DNA from: Patescibacteria group bacterium
GTDB lineage: Bacteria > Patescibacteriota > JACPGU01
Direction: 5' to 3'
Assembly (NCBI GenBank): GCA_022703645.1
Contig: JAKLDG010000001.1
Location: 9,328 to 73,327 of the forward strand
Length of the DNA stretch: 64,000 nt
The notes under the pieces are model-generated. The model worked only from the letters and a program-made list of their open reading frames with translations. It was not told where the DNA came from and did not search any database. Position numbers and translations under genes: made by a program. Shown here in pieces: positions 46,455 through 56,803 of the stretch. Numbering within the stretch: position 1 is the stretch's first letter; every line of letters starts with the position of its first letter.

Positions 46455-47777
46455 TTATTCAGTTTCGGTAGGTTTTGCTTTAACTGTAATGTTCCAAGTG
46501 ATTTTTGATCCCTTTATCCAGCCTAAACCTTCGATAACCGGCTGGAATGATTCTACATACGGCCCGGCTTCTATATCAGTATAATCGGAAGAGCTAATCG
46601 CTTTGTAGATGATAATAAATGCAGTAGTCTGACCAGGTTTCACGACGTCTTTTTCCATAATTACCCTATTTGAGCTTATCCATCTTGGCATCTCTTCCGG
46701 AGTGCATGCGCTCTCAGCCCCTGGTTCTAGAGTATCATTCACAATCTCATCATAGCAAGCCCCACCTTCTATTTCACCGCGGAAAGAAACTGCAAAATCA
46801 GATTCTCTATCGAGCGGGTCAGCAGTTCCTAAGTGGAGTGGATAGTCAGCATTTTTGTACCAAGCCGCCTTTCCTGTATTTTTCAAGGTTACTTTTAATT
46901 CGAAAATATCTCCTTGAGTAACTTTTGGTACAGTCGATTTGCTTACAACGCTGTATGCATAATCCTTAATATTTCTATCAGCATTATATTTAGTCCCTGT
47001 CGAAGTAGTATTATTAACATTATTAGGAGTATTTTCTACTTCCGGAGTCTGTCCTCCCAATACCTCCTCAATATAACGAGTGAATTCTTCTCCGGTGATT
47101 GCGCCATCTCCATTATCATCAAATCGATAAAATATATCATTTGATTCTGCTACTTTGCTAGGGGTTTGGGTTTGGTTTGTAATAGGGAAAACTGCGCCGG
47201 CATTTTTTATGGAAATCTTCCAGCTGACTTGACTGCTGGAGCTAAAATATGTTGTAGAATTAGAAAATGGTTGAAAGGATTCTGTGTATGTTCCGTTTTC
47301 GATATCTATTGGCGCTGTAATCCAAAAACCAAAAGAAGCGGTTTCCCCTGGTTTTACCGGAGAGCTATCCATCATAGTCTTACTTTCATCTATCCACTTG
47401 GTATAATCCAAATTACAAGCTGTATTCTCTATATCTTCCGATGATTCTCCCGCCATTGCATCCAATTCTTCTTCATCGGTTTGGCTGGTTTCAACACACC
47501 CGGATTGATCCGGGCGAAAGACAGAATCTCTGCCGATAGGATTTGCTGTCGAAAGAGCTACTTTATCGCTATCCCAGGTTGCCGTACCGGTATTTTTATA
47601 TTTCACCCAAAGAATCACTGATTGACCCGGGGAAAGCTCGGCATCGGCAGATTTACTTACGAGTTGCGCAGCATATGCGGTTGTTGTCGCGTGAGCGCGA
47701 ATAACCGGTATGAAAACAAAAAAAGACAGCAATATAAAAGATAGAGTAGCTGTCATGAAAAGCTTTGGATGAAACAT
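46455..47777 (-). CDS. Secreted hypothetical protein with an internal duplication and an EF-hand/dockerin-like loop
   Basis: Start moved to MFHPKL (RBS GGAGG). Signal peptide. Two similar segments (VSKSADAEL..KYKNTGTATW / VSKSTVPKV..TLKNTGKAAW). DDNGDGAITGEE loop. Confidence 0.5.
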   Translation of the reverse strand: MFHPKLFMTATLSFILLSFFVFIPVIRAHATTTAYAAQLVSKSADAELSPGQSVILWVKYKNTGTATWDSDKVALSTANPIGRDSVFRPDQSGCVETSQTDEEELDAMAGESSEDIENTACNLDYTKWIDESKTMMDSSPVKPGETASFGFWITAPIDIENGTYTESFQPFSNSTTYFSSSSQVSWKISIKNAGAVFPITNQTQTPSKVAESNDIFYRFDDNGDGAITGEEFTRYIEEVLGGQTPEVENTPNNVNNTTSTGTKYNADRNIKDYAYSVVSKSTVPKVTQGDIFELKVTLKNTGKAAWYKNADYPLHLGTADPLDRESDFAVSFRGEIEGGACYDEIVNDTLEPGAESACTPEEMPRWISSNRVIMEKDVVKPGQTTAFIIIYKAISSSDYTDIEAGPYVESFQPVIEGLGWIKGSKITWNITVKAKPTETE

Positions 47778-47851
47778 ATAACCTCCTGTGGGGAGTTTAT
47801 TTTTATTTGTTTTCATTCTACAATAAAATAGTTTCTTTGAGAACAGTGCTT

Positions 47852-48658
47852 TTAGCTTAAGAAAACCCAAATGCCGAGACCGACCAGGATGATTCCCGCG
47901 ATAAGGTGTAAAGCCCGAATATTTCTCTGTTTCCAGCTTTCTGCTTTTTCAATATTGACGAATCCGAAATATGTTCCAAATAATATTGCCAAAAGTGGCG
48001 CGACGAATATTAGGTTGTAATATACCAGAATTGGAGCAATTAAAATCTTACTCATGCCGTTGTTTTGCAAAACTCCAAGAGTGAATATGTACGGCCCACC
48101 AGTACAAGGAAGTTCAAAAAAAGTAATTAAAGCTCCGGTAATAAGGGCAACCGGCCATGAAGTAGCGCGAGCAATAATCAGAGACATTTTTGGTCTCCAT
48201 CTGCGAGGAATCTCCATCAAGAATCCACCACCACCGTACCATATGAAATCTTTAACATTGAGTAGCCCCATAATTATTCCAAATGCCCCCACGATTTTGT
48301 GGAATATTTCAGGGTTTATCCATTTATTTGCTCCAATAGCATAAAATATTCCAACGCCAAAAAGGAAGTATGTAATATAAATTCCGATTATAAAAGCAAG
48401 TCCCGCAAAAAATAATTTTCTCCTGCTATTAAAAAATAATAACGCAGAAAGCAATAACAATAAAACCGCAATCGCGCAGGGATTTATAGAATCAACAAAA
48501 GCATTTCCTGTGATTACCCAGAAAGTTGGGGCAGTAGGTTTCAAACAATCAAGATTTTGGATCGTGCATTTCTCTACTGCACCAGCTACATTTGGAATGA
48601 CAGCCAACAGAAATGCTACTAAACTATAGACCAAGTTTTTGAATAAACTCTTTTTCAT
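47852..48658 (-). CDS. DsbD/CcdA-family thiol-disulfide transporter-like membrane protein
   Basis: Polytopic protein. NPCA in the first TM and ELPCTGGPY in a later TM resemble the paired Cys of CcdA/DsbD. Start set to MKKSLF. Confidence 0.5.
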   Translation of the reverse strand: MKKSLFKNLVYSLVAFLLAVIPNVAGAVEKCTIQNLDCLKPTAPTFWVITGNAFVDSINPCAIAVLLLLLSALLFFNSRRKLFFAGLAFIIGIYITYFLFGVGIFYAIGANKWINPEIFHKIVGAFGIIMGLLNVKDFIWYGGGGFLMEIPRRWRPKMSLIIARATSWPVALITGALITFFELPCTGGPYIFTLGVLQNNGMSKILIAPILVYYNLIFVAPLLAILFGTYFGFVNIEKAESWKQRNIRALHLIAGIILVGLGIWVFLS

Positions 48659-48705
48659 AAAATCAACTTTAACATAAATTGAAACATATTCCAAGAACAA
48701 AGTAG

Positions 48706-48735
48706 GGGGCGGGTTAATAAACCCGCCCCCTACAT
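48706..48735 (-). terminator. Terminator (GGGGGCGGGTT-loop-AACCCGCCCCC) after lemA
   Basis: Perfect 11-bp GC-rich stem. Confidence 0.55.
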
Positions 48736-48747
48736 ATTTGATTTTCT

Positions 48748-49302
48748 TTAGAATTGTACTTTTACCGCTTCTCTCTCAACTGCAGCAGCCTCGAATAATT
48801 GCTTGTCGGTTTTAAATCCTAACATTCCAGCAAAAATAGTTTCTGGGAATCTGTGGATTTTGATATTGAAATCACGAACATTTGCATTATAAAATCTGCG
48901 GGATGCTTCGATCTTATTCTCTGTATCAGTTAGTTCAGTCTGCAGATTTAAAAAGTTCTCGTTTGCTTTTAATTCTGGATAGTTTTCAGCAACAGCAAAG
49001 AGCGATTTCAAGGTATTGCTAAGCATATTTTCCGCTTCAGCTTTTTCTGCCATTCCCTGCGCCTGCATAGCTTGGCTTCTTGCCTTTGTTACTGCCTCGA
49101 AAACACCTGCTTCGTGTTTTGCATAACCCTTTACAGACTCAACCAAGTTTGGTATCAGATCATACCTTCTTTTTGTTTGAACATCGATGTCAGAAAAAGC
49201 CTCATTACATCTGACATTTAAAGAAACCAGTCCGTTATAAAGGGCGATAACCCAAATTATAAGGACTAACAGCAATCCACCGACAATGTAGATTATTGTC
49301 AT
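48748..49302 (-). CDS. lemA: LemA family protein
   Basis: 184 aa. N-terminal TM plus NGLVSLNVRCNEAFSDIDVQTKRRYDLIPNLV LemA signature. Confidence 0.8.
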   Translation of the reverse strand: MTIIYIVGGLLLVLIIWVIALYNGLVSLNVRCNEAFSDIDVQTKRRYDLIPNLVESVKGYAKHEAGVFEAVTKARSQAMQAQGMAEKAEAENMLSNTLKSLFAVAENYPELKANENFLNLQTELTDTENKIEASRRFYNANVRDFNIKIHRFPETIFAGMLGFKTDKQLFEAAAVEREAVKVQF

Positions 49303-49478
49303 AGAAAAACCTCCGTGCTCTTTACATAAAAGAGCTTTTTAATATTTTAATAATTATGGCAATTATAACATAAATTTATTTTTCAATAAACATTTTATTT
49401 TTCTGAATAAAATGGTAGAATGGTAAAAACAATTAATCAAGAAAACAAGAAATCAAAAAAATAGTAAATAACAAATTT

Positions 49479-51341
49479 ATGAAGAAAATCGTTGCTTCTC
49501 TCGTGCTTTTTGCGGTTCTACTGATACCGCTTTCAGTTGGTGCTGTCAGCTCAGTTGACGAAGTCAACGCAGATATATCAACTGATCCGATAAATCTGGA
49601 AAATATTGGTGTAGATACGAAAACTACTACACCGGGCGTTTTAAACAGGGATCAAATATATGATTGGTACATAAAAGACTTTCAAACAGATATTACAGTA
49701 AATAAGGACTCTTCTCTCGATATTACGGAGAAAATAGTCGCTGATTGCGGGGATTTGCCAAATAAACATGGCATTTTTCGGGTTCTCCCAACTTTTTATA
49801 GTCCCAAAAAAGGCGAGAAGGTAGAGGCTTATATTGATTTGATAAGTATTACTGATTTTAATGGGAAGCCATACAACTACTCAACTACCAATGACAAAAA
49901 ATATGAGACTGTGACCTGGAAAATCGGTGATGCTGACAAAACAGTAACGGGTGTGAATAATTATCAGATAAAATATCATGTTCGGAATACTATCCGTTTT
50001 GATAACCCAGCTTTTGATGAATTTTATTGGAATGTAAATGGTGCATTTTGGGATATTGAGATTGATCATTTTCTTGCAAAAGTTATTTTTCCTTCTGAAA
50101 TTAACGAAAAAAACGTTTTAGAAATAAATAAATACGAGGGTTCTTATGGCAGTAAAGATATTGGCTTATCTGATTATAAATGGGTCGCTCCTAATATAAT
50201 TCAGGTTGAAAGCAAAAAAACATTGGAAGCTGAACAAGGTATTACTCTATCTGTAGCTTTCCCAAAAAACATCATTTCTCCACCAGTTTTAACTTTTTGG
50301 GAACAATATGGCGATCTGATATTTGGCTTAATAATACTATTCTTTCCGGTATTCGTTTTTATCATTTGTTTCCGGCTTTGGTGGAGATACGGTCGCGATC
50401 CAAAATTACATAAATCTATAACCCCCGAGTTTGCTGTTCCAAATGATCTTACGCCAATGGAGCTTGGTGCCTTTCTAAAGAATGCCGAGCTGCCGACTTC
50501 TAGTATTTCTGCTGAGATAGTAAATTTAGCGGTAAAGGGTATTATTAAAATTGAAGAGATCCCTAAAAAAGGTATATTTAGCAGTGCCGATACAAAACTA
50601 ATAATAGTTGGTTCTGAGCAAAAAGTTTCAAAAATAACCGAAGAAGATCAGCTACTTTTGGCAAGCCTTTTTGGTGTTACCACTGAAGGAGCTGAACTTT
50701 TGGTCTCATCTCTTAAAGACAAGTTTTATAAAAAACTTCCAGCTATAAAAAACGCGGTAAAAGACAAACAGATCAAGGCAGGGCTTTTTTCTGAGAAGGG
50801 GTTTTCAATGAGAGACGTGATGCTGGTTATTGGTATTCTTGCTGGCATGGGATCATTTTTTCTATTTTCTTTTTCGTCTGCAATTGCAGTTTCAGGCTTG
50901 GTAAGCGCATTTTTTATGATTATTTTTGCGGTTTTTATGCCCAGACGCACGGACGAAGGTGCGGATCTTCTATGGAGAATACGCGGGTTTGAGCTCTATA
51001 TGAAAACAGCCGAGAAATATCGCCAGAAATATAATGAAAAAGAAAATATTTTTGAAAGATTTCTTCCTTATGCGATGGTGTTCGGGATTGTAGATCTTTG
51101 GACGCGTAAAATGAAAGAGATTTATGGAGAAAACTATTTTGATAACTACCACCCAGTCTGGTATGTTGGGGCATTCAATCTTGATAATGGTATTTTCAAT
51201 GTAGATAGTTTTACCAACCAACTCAATTCAATCAGCAGTTCAATGTCTTCTTCAATGAGTTCTTCGCCTTCTTCTTCGGGTTCCGGTGGCGGTGGTTTCT
51301 CCGGTGGCGGTGGCGGTGGCGGTGGAGGAGGGGGTTGGTAA
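49479..51341 (+). CDS. DUF2207-family membrane protein (LemA-associated) with a Gly/Ser-rich C-terminal tail
   Basis: 620 aa. Signal peptide, extracytoplasmic domain, TM helices and C-terminal SSMSSS..GGGGGGGGGGW tail. Confidence 0.65.
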   Translation: MKKIVASLVLFAVLLIPLSVGAVSSVDEVNADISTDPINLENIGVDTKTTTPGVLNRDQIYDWYIKDFQTDITVNKDSSLDITEKIVADCGDLPNKHGIFRVLPTFYSPKKGEKVEAYIDLISITDFNGKPYNYSTTNDKKYETVTWKIGDADKTVTGVNNYQIKYHVRNTIRFDNPAFDEFYWNVNGAFWDIEIDHFLAKVIFPSEINEKNVLEINKYEGSYGSKDIGLSDYKWVAPNIIQVESKKTLEAEQGITLSVAFPKNIISPPVLTFWEQYGDLIFGLIILFFPVFVFIICFRLWWRYGRDPKLHKSITPEFAVPNDLTPMELGAFLKNAELPTSSISAEIVNLAVKGIIKIEEIPKKGIFSSADTKLIIVGSEQKVSKITEEDQLLLASLFGVTTEGAELLVSSLKDKFYKKLPAIKNAVKDKQIKAGLFSEKGFSMRDVMLVIGILAGMGSFFLFSFSSAIAVSGLVSAFFMIIFAVFMPRRTDEGADLLWRIRGFELYMKTAEKYRQKYNEKENIFERFLPYAMVFGIVDLWTRKMKEIYGENYFDNYHPVWYVGAFNLDNGIFNVDSFTNQLNSISSSMSSSMSSSPSSSGSGGGGFSGGGGGGGGGGGW

Positions 51342-51484
51342 AATATTGTAGATCCCATAAAAAGATTAGTATTCAATAAAATGTTCGTGCAAGTGATTTT
51401 TCTAAGGTTATCTTACGCTAATGTACCTGATCAAGATGAAGTTCTCACTAAATTTTACAAAAAGTTCAAATTTTAAAAACAAAA

Positions 51485-52282
51485 ATGATTAAGCAAATTC
51501 ACAAAATCAGCAAGATACTATTTCTCATCTATATCATATTTTTTTCTGTTTTAGCTATGGCTCTAAACACCAATCCTACGCCGCTAAGCTTTTTTATGGT
51601 ATCGCTTAGTACTCTGATTTTTGTTGCTTTGGTTTGGATCGACGCTTTTCGCGTTTTGGGAAAACTAAGAGCCGTCTGGTTTATAGTACTTTGCGTTTTG
51701 ATTAGTTTTACTTCAGAATACTTAGGCGTAAATTTTGGCGGAGTTTTTGGCGGTTCCTATCACTATAATGTGCTGATGCGTCCGATGCTCGGTGGGGTTC
51801 CCTTGATTGTGATCGCTATGTGGACGGCAGTAGTTTATGTCTGCTATCGGATAGCTGTTATCATTGCTGACAAGAAAATGGTTTTTCGCAATATTTATGA
51901 AAGAATCGCAGAATACCTCGCTGTTGCACTATTTGCGGCGCTGGCTGCTGTTTGCTGGGATCTGGTTTGGGATCCACTGGCAGTAAACACAGGTTCTTGG
52001 TTTTGGCATAATCCTGGTCCATATTTTGGGATTCCGACGCTTAATTTTGTCGGCTGGATTATCGTGGTTTTCTTTTCTTGTTTCATATTTGAATTGTTTT
52101 TTCCTTCCAAGAAAAATGATGTTAAAGATATTGAAATACCCTTTTTGGGGTACTTATATCTTTTGATTTCAACTGTGGTTTTATCACTGAAACTATCCTT
52201 GCCTCATTTCGCTCTAATTGCCGTTATTTTGATGTTACCCTATCTATTGGTGATTATTTTGAAAGAGCTGAAAAATAAATAG
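51485..52282 (+). CDS. Hypothetical polytopic membrane protein (possibly DUF422/carotenoid-synthesis-like)
   Basis: 265 aa with 7 or more TM helices. GxPxxNFVGW-like motif. Weak assignment. Confidence 0.35.
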   Translation: MIKQIHKISKILFLIYIIFFSVLAMALNTNPTPLSFFMVSLSTLIFVALVWIDAFRVLGKLRAVWFIVLCVLISFTSEYLGVNFGGVFGGSYHYNVLMRPMLGGVPLIVIAMWTAVVYVCYRIAVIIADKKMVFRNIYERIAEYLAVALFAALAAVCWDLVWDPLAVNTGSWFWHNPGPYFGIPTLNFVGWIIVVFFSCFIFELFFPSKKNDVKDIEIPFLGYLYLLISTVVLSLKLSLPHFALIAVILMLPYLLVIILKELKNK

Positions 52283-52288
52283 TGGCTG

Positions 52289-52317
52289 TTGACTAAATAT
52301 ACGGTTAGTTGTATACT
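52289..52317 (+). promoter_or_regulatory. Sigma70-like promoter (TTGACT, 17 nt, TATACT) upstream of typA
   Basis: Consensus-like hexamers with ideal spacing, followed by hairpin GTTCCGC-AGGA-GCGGAAC. Confidence 0.45.
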
Positions 52318-52364
52318 AATAGAGTTAGTTCGCGACAATAATTCAGGAAGATATTAGTTCCGCA

Positions 52365-52445
52365 GGAGCGGAACGAAATTATTAGAAATTGGAGAAATTG
52401 TAATTTCCCTTAATTTCCTCTAATTTCTTTTTAATTTACTGTTAA
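52365..52445. repeat. Palindromic AT-rich element (GAAATTGGAGAAATTG / TAATTTCC-word arms) in the typA leader
   Basis: Same word vocabulary as the elements at 1-95 and 790-900. Confidence 0.4.
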
Positions 52446-52487
52446 TTATTAGAAACAACTGAATAATAGAATTAGAAAAAACATTTT

Positions 52488-54269
52488 ATGGAGATTAGGA
52501 ATATTGCAATAATTGCCCATGTTGATCATGGCAAAACAGTTTTGACCGATGCTTTGATGCGCCAGACAGGAATGGCGCAAGAAGGCGAAAGCATGGACTC
52601 TAACGCTCTTGAGAGAGAGCGCGGTATTACTATTTACTCAAAAAATACTTCAGTATTCTATAAAGGAACCAAAATTAATATTGTAGATACACCCGGACAC
52701 GCGGATTTCGGTTCAGAAGTAGAACGCGTTTTGCGTTCAATTGACTCAGTCCTGCTCGTTGTTGATGCGCAGGAAGGACCCATGCCTCAAACCAAGTTTG
52801 TTCTAAAAAAATCTTTAGAGCTTGGACTCAAGCCAATCGTAGTGATAAATAAAATTGATAAACCGGCGGCACGTCCTGAAATCGTTCAGGAATTAGTTTT
52901 TGAGCTCTTTCTTGACCTTGGTGCTACTGACGAACAGCTGGATTTCGAGACAGTATATGCAATCGGAAGAGAAGGAATTGCAAAATTAAAGCTTGATGAT
53001 AACACTACCGATCTGACGCCGCTGCTCGATACGATTCTGCGCGTGGTTCCACCTGCCGAATCAGATATTACTGCGCCTCTAAGATTTCAGCCATTTAATC
53101 TTGCTTATGACAATTTCTTGGGGCGCTTAGCAGTTGGTCGGATTCATGAAGGTACTATGAAAGCGGCTTCAAACGTAATAGTTAAAAAAACTACTGGAGA
53201 AACTCGCAACGCGAAAATCACTAAACTTTTCACATTTGAAGGCATCAGCAGAAAAGAAGTTGCCGAAGCTGTCGGAGGTGATATTGTGATGATTGCCGGA
53301 ATTCCTGATATTTATATCGGGGAAACTATTTGTGTAGACGCTGATCAAGAGGCGTTGCCGGAAATAAAAATTGACGAACCGACGATTTCTCTAGATTTCT
53401 TGGTTAATAATTCCCCATTTGCAGGACGTGAAGGAAAGTTCGTAACAAATAGACAGATAAAAGAACGTCTTGAAAAAGAGCTTGAAATAAATGTGGGTCT
53501 AAAAGTAGATTTTTCCAAAAATGATTCATACAAAGTTTTCGGACGCGGGGAACTACACATTGGGATATTGCTGGAAAATATGAGACGTGAGAATTATGAA
53601 GTTCAAATTTCTCAACCGCAAGTAATTATAAAAGAGGAAGATGGAAAGAAACTGGAGCCTTTTGAAGAGGTTACGATTAATATTCCTGACGATGTTACCG
53701 GTACAGTAATTGCAAAATTAAATAAACGCAAAGGCAAGATGTTAGAAATGGTGCCGGAAGGCGGCCATACCCGAATTATTTATGAAATACCAACACGAGG
53801 TCTGCTTGGCTATCGCGGGGAATTTATTGTTGATACAAAAGGGGAAGGAATACTTTACTCACGCGTTATCGGTTTCAAAGAACATGTTGGCGAAATAGAG
53901 AAAAACGAGCTTGGTTCAATGGTATCAATGGCAACCGGAAAAGCGCTTGGATTCGCTCTCTGGAATTTACAAGAACGCGGCGAACTATATATTGACGCAA
54001 ATACCGAAGTATATGAGGGTATGGTTATCGGAAATTGCGCGAAAGGAAACGATATGACGGTTAACCCTACGAAAGGCAAGCAGCTGACTAATACCAGAGC
54101 AGCTGGAAGTGACGAAGCAATCAGATTAGTTCCACCTTTGAGGCTAAATCTTGAACGCGGTATGGAAATCATGAATAGTGACGAATATCTGGAAATAACC
54201 CCAAAATCAATACGACTGCGCAAAAAATATCTCACTGAAATCGATCGAAATAGAGCTAGAAGAAAATAA
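52488..54269 (+). CDS. typA: Translational GTPase TypA/BipA
   Basis: 593 aa. [16 protein letters not shown]1, DTPGHADF G3, and the EF-G-like domain order with a C-terminal TypA domain. Confidence 0.95.
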   Translation: MEIRNIAIIAHVDHGKTVLTDALMRQTGMAQEGESMDSNALERERGITIYSKNTSVFYKGTKINIVDTPGHADFGSEVERVLRSIDSVLLVVDAQEGPMPQTKFVLKKSLELGLKPIVVINKIDKPAARPEIVQELVFELFLDLGATDEQLDFETVYAIGREGIAKLKLDDNTTDLTPLLDTILRVVPPAESDITAPLRFQPFNLAYDNFLGRLAVGRIHEGTMKAASNVIVKKTTGETRNAKITKLFTFEGISRKEVAEAVGGDIVMIAGIPDIYIGETICVDADQEALPEIKIDEPTISLDFLVNNSPFAGREGKFVTNRQIKERLEKELEINVGLKVDFSKNDSYKVFGRGELHIGILLENMRRENYEVQISQPQVIIKEEDGKKLEPFEEVTINIPDDVTGTVIAKLNKRKGKMLEMVPEGGHTRIIYEIPTRGLLGYRGEFIVDTKGEGILYSRVIGFKEHVGEIEKNELGSMVSMATGKALGFALWNLQERGELYIDANTEVYEGMVIGNCAKGNDMTVNPTKGKQLTNTRAAGSDEAIRLVPPLRLNLERGMEIMNSDEYLEITPKSIRLRKKYLTEIDRNRARRK

Positions 54270-54272
54270 AAA

Positions 54273-54305
54273 ATAGCCCTCCAAATCGGAGGACTATTTT
54301 TTATA
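54273..54305 (+). terminator. Rho-independent terminator (TAGCCCTCC-loop-GGAGGACTA plus T-run)
   Basis: Near-perfect stem followed by TTTTTTAT. Confidence 0.55.
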
Positions 54306-54318
54306 TCAACTGCTTTGA

Positions 54319-54528
54319 TTATTCTTTTTTCATCATGGTAGCTGATCCGATCATCCAAAGCGCTGCAAGGCCGACTAAAGCATAAATGATTCTAGCAATC
54401 AGTCCGGTCATTCCGCCAAAGATGGCTGCTACCAAATCCCATTGGAAAAATCCAACTAAGCCCCAGTTGAGCGCACCGATGATTACTAACACGAAAGCTA
54501 CCCAGTCTACGGTGTTCATTTTTTTCAT
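54319..54528 (-). CDS. DUF378-family small membrane protein
   Basis: 69 aa. IGALNWGLVGFF motif and two TM helices typical of DUF378. Confidence 0.55.
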   Translation of the reverse strand: MKKMNTVDWVAFVLVIIGALNWGLVGFFQWDLVAAIFGGMTGLIARIIYALVGLAALWMIGSATMMKKE

Positions 54529-54738
54529 TTTTTTGTCCCCGATTTTATCGAGTCCTCCTTATTATTAATATTACTTATATACTCAAAATATACTAATATT
54601 AATAAATCGTACCTACAATATACTTGAGATATAGGAAATGTCAAGCCCTCTAGTTCTTTTTTACGTTTTGCGCAATCTTAGTTACCATACTGTGGAAATC
54701 AAACATTTGTTGCTCGCCGATACAATCTCCCCTTCTTT

Positions 54739-55509
54739 TTATTTCTCTCCTCCAAAAAATTTTTTAATCTCGCTGACGGTATTCATGAATTGATTTGGGA
54801 AAATTATTGTGGAATTTTTCTCAACGGCAATCTCAGAAAGGACTTGCAAATTCCTTAACTGCAAAGCTATAGGATGCTTGGAAATGATATCTGAGGCTTC
54901 ACCAAGTTTATCAGCAGCCAACAATTCTCCTTCAGCAGAAATAATCTTGGCTCTTTTTTCTCTTTCAGCTTCTGCTTCTTTAGCCATCGCTCTTTGCATC
55001 CCCTCTGGCAGCTGAATATCTTTGATCTCGACTGTAGTCACAACCACGCCCCATGGTTCGGTATGGGTATCGATTATTTCACTAATTTGAGCATTGATTT
55101 TTGCTGTTTCTGACAATATTTCATCAAGGCGAAACTGGCCAACAATATTTCTGACGGTAGTTTGGGATATTTGATTTACGGCACTAGCTACATCCTGAAT
55201 AGCCACGATTGATTTGGTTGCATCTGTAACCTTGAAATAAGCTACGGCTGCTACATCTATGGAAACATTATCTTTAGTAATTATTTTTTGAGATGGGATA
55301 GGCATGGTCACTATTCTCAAAGACACTTTTTGTATTCTCTCAAAAATAGGCCAAACCCATTGGAGCCCAGGACTTTTTTCTCCGGTAACTCGTCCCAAAA
55401 GAAAAATAACGCCCTTTTCATATTGCTGGACTACTTTGATCGAAGCGCAGATAACTATAAAAACAAAAATTCCTAAGTACAAAAGAAATGTTTCCATATT
55501 TTTTAACAA
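54739..55509 (-). CDS. SPFH/Band 7 (stomatin-like) family protein
   Basis: 256 aa. N-terminal TM plus [17 protein letters not shown] and a coiled-coil-rich SPFH core. Confidence 0.8.
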   Translation of the reverse strand: MLKNMETFLLYLGIFVFIVICASIKVVQQYEKGVIFLLGRVTGEKSPGLQWVWPIFERIQKVSLRIVTMPIPSQKIITKDNVSIDVAAVAYFKVTDATKSIVAIQDVASAVNQISQTTVRNIVGQFRLDEILSETAKINAQISEIIDTHTEPWGVVVTTVEIKDIQLPEGMQRAMAKEAEAEREKRAKIISAEGELLAADKLGEASDIISKHPIALQLRNLQVLSEIAVEKNSTIIFPNQFMNTVSEIKKFFGGEK

Positions 55510-55645
55510 TTATTAATAATTGAGCTTATTATAACAAAAAAATAAAAATAAAACAGCCCCGGTTGACGGGGCTGGCAATTACTGATTTACTTTGCAATAT
55601 TCAGCATGAAATGAGGATTGTGTTATCGCATATTCGGTTCGGAAC

Positions 55646-56734
55646 TCACGCTCCTGTTAGAAAATCACGGATTTGCCGGAGATACTCTGTGGCCTTTTCG
55701 TAACCCCAGGCGTGAATGTAGTCATTGTCTTTGGTGACATCTTCTTTAGTAAAAAGCTTTTCCAGATTAAGCTTGGCGCCATTCTTGATTATTGAAGAAC
55801 AGTCAATATTGATGACTCTTTTTCTCCAACCGATCTTGACAATGCCAAGCTCAGTGCTTATCTCAAACCACGGATCGCAGTAGCTACAACTGCAATATTC
55901 ATTGCGGACGACTGTCATCTCAATGTTGCCGAAGCCTGCTTCCTCGAAAACCTCGCGGAAACAATTTTCATAAAAGCGATGAAGATTTTGTCTGTTGCAG
56001 GCGTGGTGGTAAAATGTCAGTACATTGAAAAAACCTTCATCTGTTGGTCGGATTATGTAATCATCATCAATCTCGTCTTTTTTTGAAGCCCAGCCGTCTT
56101 CGTTTTTTACAATGTTCTTTTGCCACTCATCTTCTGGATCCGGATATTTCAAGGAAAGGTCAATAAAACGGTCATTCCTGATAAGTCTATCCTCCTGCAT
56201 GTAGTAAATAGCATCAGTGCGCTTGGCGAAAATAAATCTCACGGTGCCAAGTTTCTGGCCAGTGAGGTTTCCCAATGGGATTGTCTGGTAGTCGTAACGA
56301 ACTATGGTATCATAGCAATTGCTGATATCCCAGCCTTTTTGGCATTCCGGGCAGATGACTTTGGTGGATGGTAAACCGTAGTTAGAGGAAAAACTATAAT
56401 AAGGTTGTCTTTCATTACCCTCGAATTTTTCTTTTATAAAGGATCGGAACTCATCCGATGTCATCATATTTGGTGTATCTGGAAAATGTTCTGCGGCAAT
56501 GAAGCCATCTGCCTGAAAGCAATTGCCGCAGGAATCAAGGAAATAACGACCACAAAGCACAATAAATTCGTTCAGTTGTTCACCTTTTTCATAGCCAGCT
56601 TCATGTCTCTCATCAACAAGCCTTAAGAACGCTTCAAGTGTAACTAACGCTTTTAAGATGCCTGCCTTTGTATCGTATTCAGGCCGTCCCGTTTCATCAT
56701 ACTTTTCTGGTTTACCAATACGAAATTTCGTCAT
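55646..56734 (-). CDS. Cys-rich hypothetical protein (362 aa), compositionally atypical (higher GC)
   Basis: Clean ORF. Several CxxC-type pairs (CGNC, CPECQ, CSCSYC). No family recognised. Confidence 0.5.
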   Translation of the reverse strand: MTKFRIGKPEKYDETGRPEYDTKAGILKALVTLEAFLRLVDERHEAGYEKGEQLNEFIVLCGRYFLDSCGNCFQADGFIAAEHFPDTPNMMTSDEFRSFIKEKFEGNERQPYYSFSSNYGLPSTKVICPECQKGWDISNCYDTIVRYDYQTIPLGNLTGQKLGTVRFIFAKRTDAIYYMQEDRLIRNDRFIDLSLKYPDPEDEWQKNIVKNEDGWASKKDEIDDDYIIRPTDEGFFNVLTFYHHACNRQNLHRFYENCFREVFEEAGFGNIEMTVVRNEYCSCSYCDPWFEISTELGIVKIGWRKRVINIDCSSIIKNGAKLNLEKLFTKEDVTKDNDYIHAWGYEKATEYLRQIRDFLTGA

Positions 56735-56778
56735 TTTACTTCCCCCTTGTAAACAAGTTTTTAATAGTGCGGTTTGTT

Positions 56779-56803
56779 TATAGATGACTCATAGTCATCT
56801 ATA
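56779..56803. promoter_or_regulatory. Perfect 11-bp inverted repeat with 3-bp spacer (TATAGATGACT-CAT-AGTCATCTATA); candidate operator upstream of the Cys-rich orphan gene
   Basis: Direct reading. Lies 45 bp upstream of the minus-strand start at 56734. Confidence 0.45.

Noticed and set aside
51146-51376. Poly-proline ORF (PPPPPPPPPPPPEKPPPPEPEEEGEE) on the minus strand
   Set aside because: Antisense of the GGT/GGC run encoding the Gly-rich tail of the DUF2207 protein.
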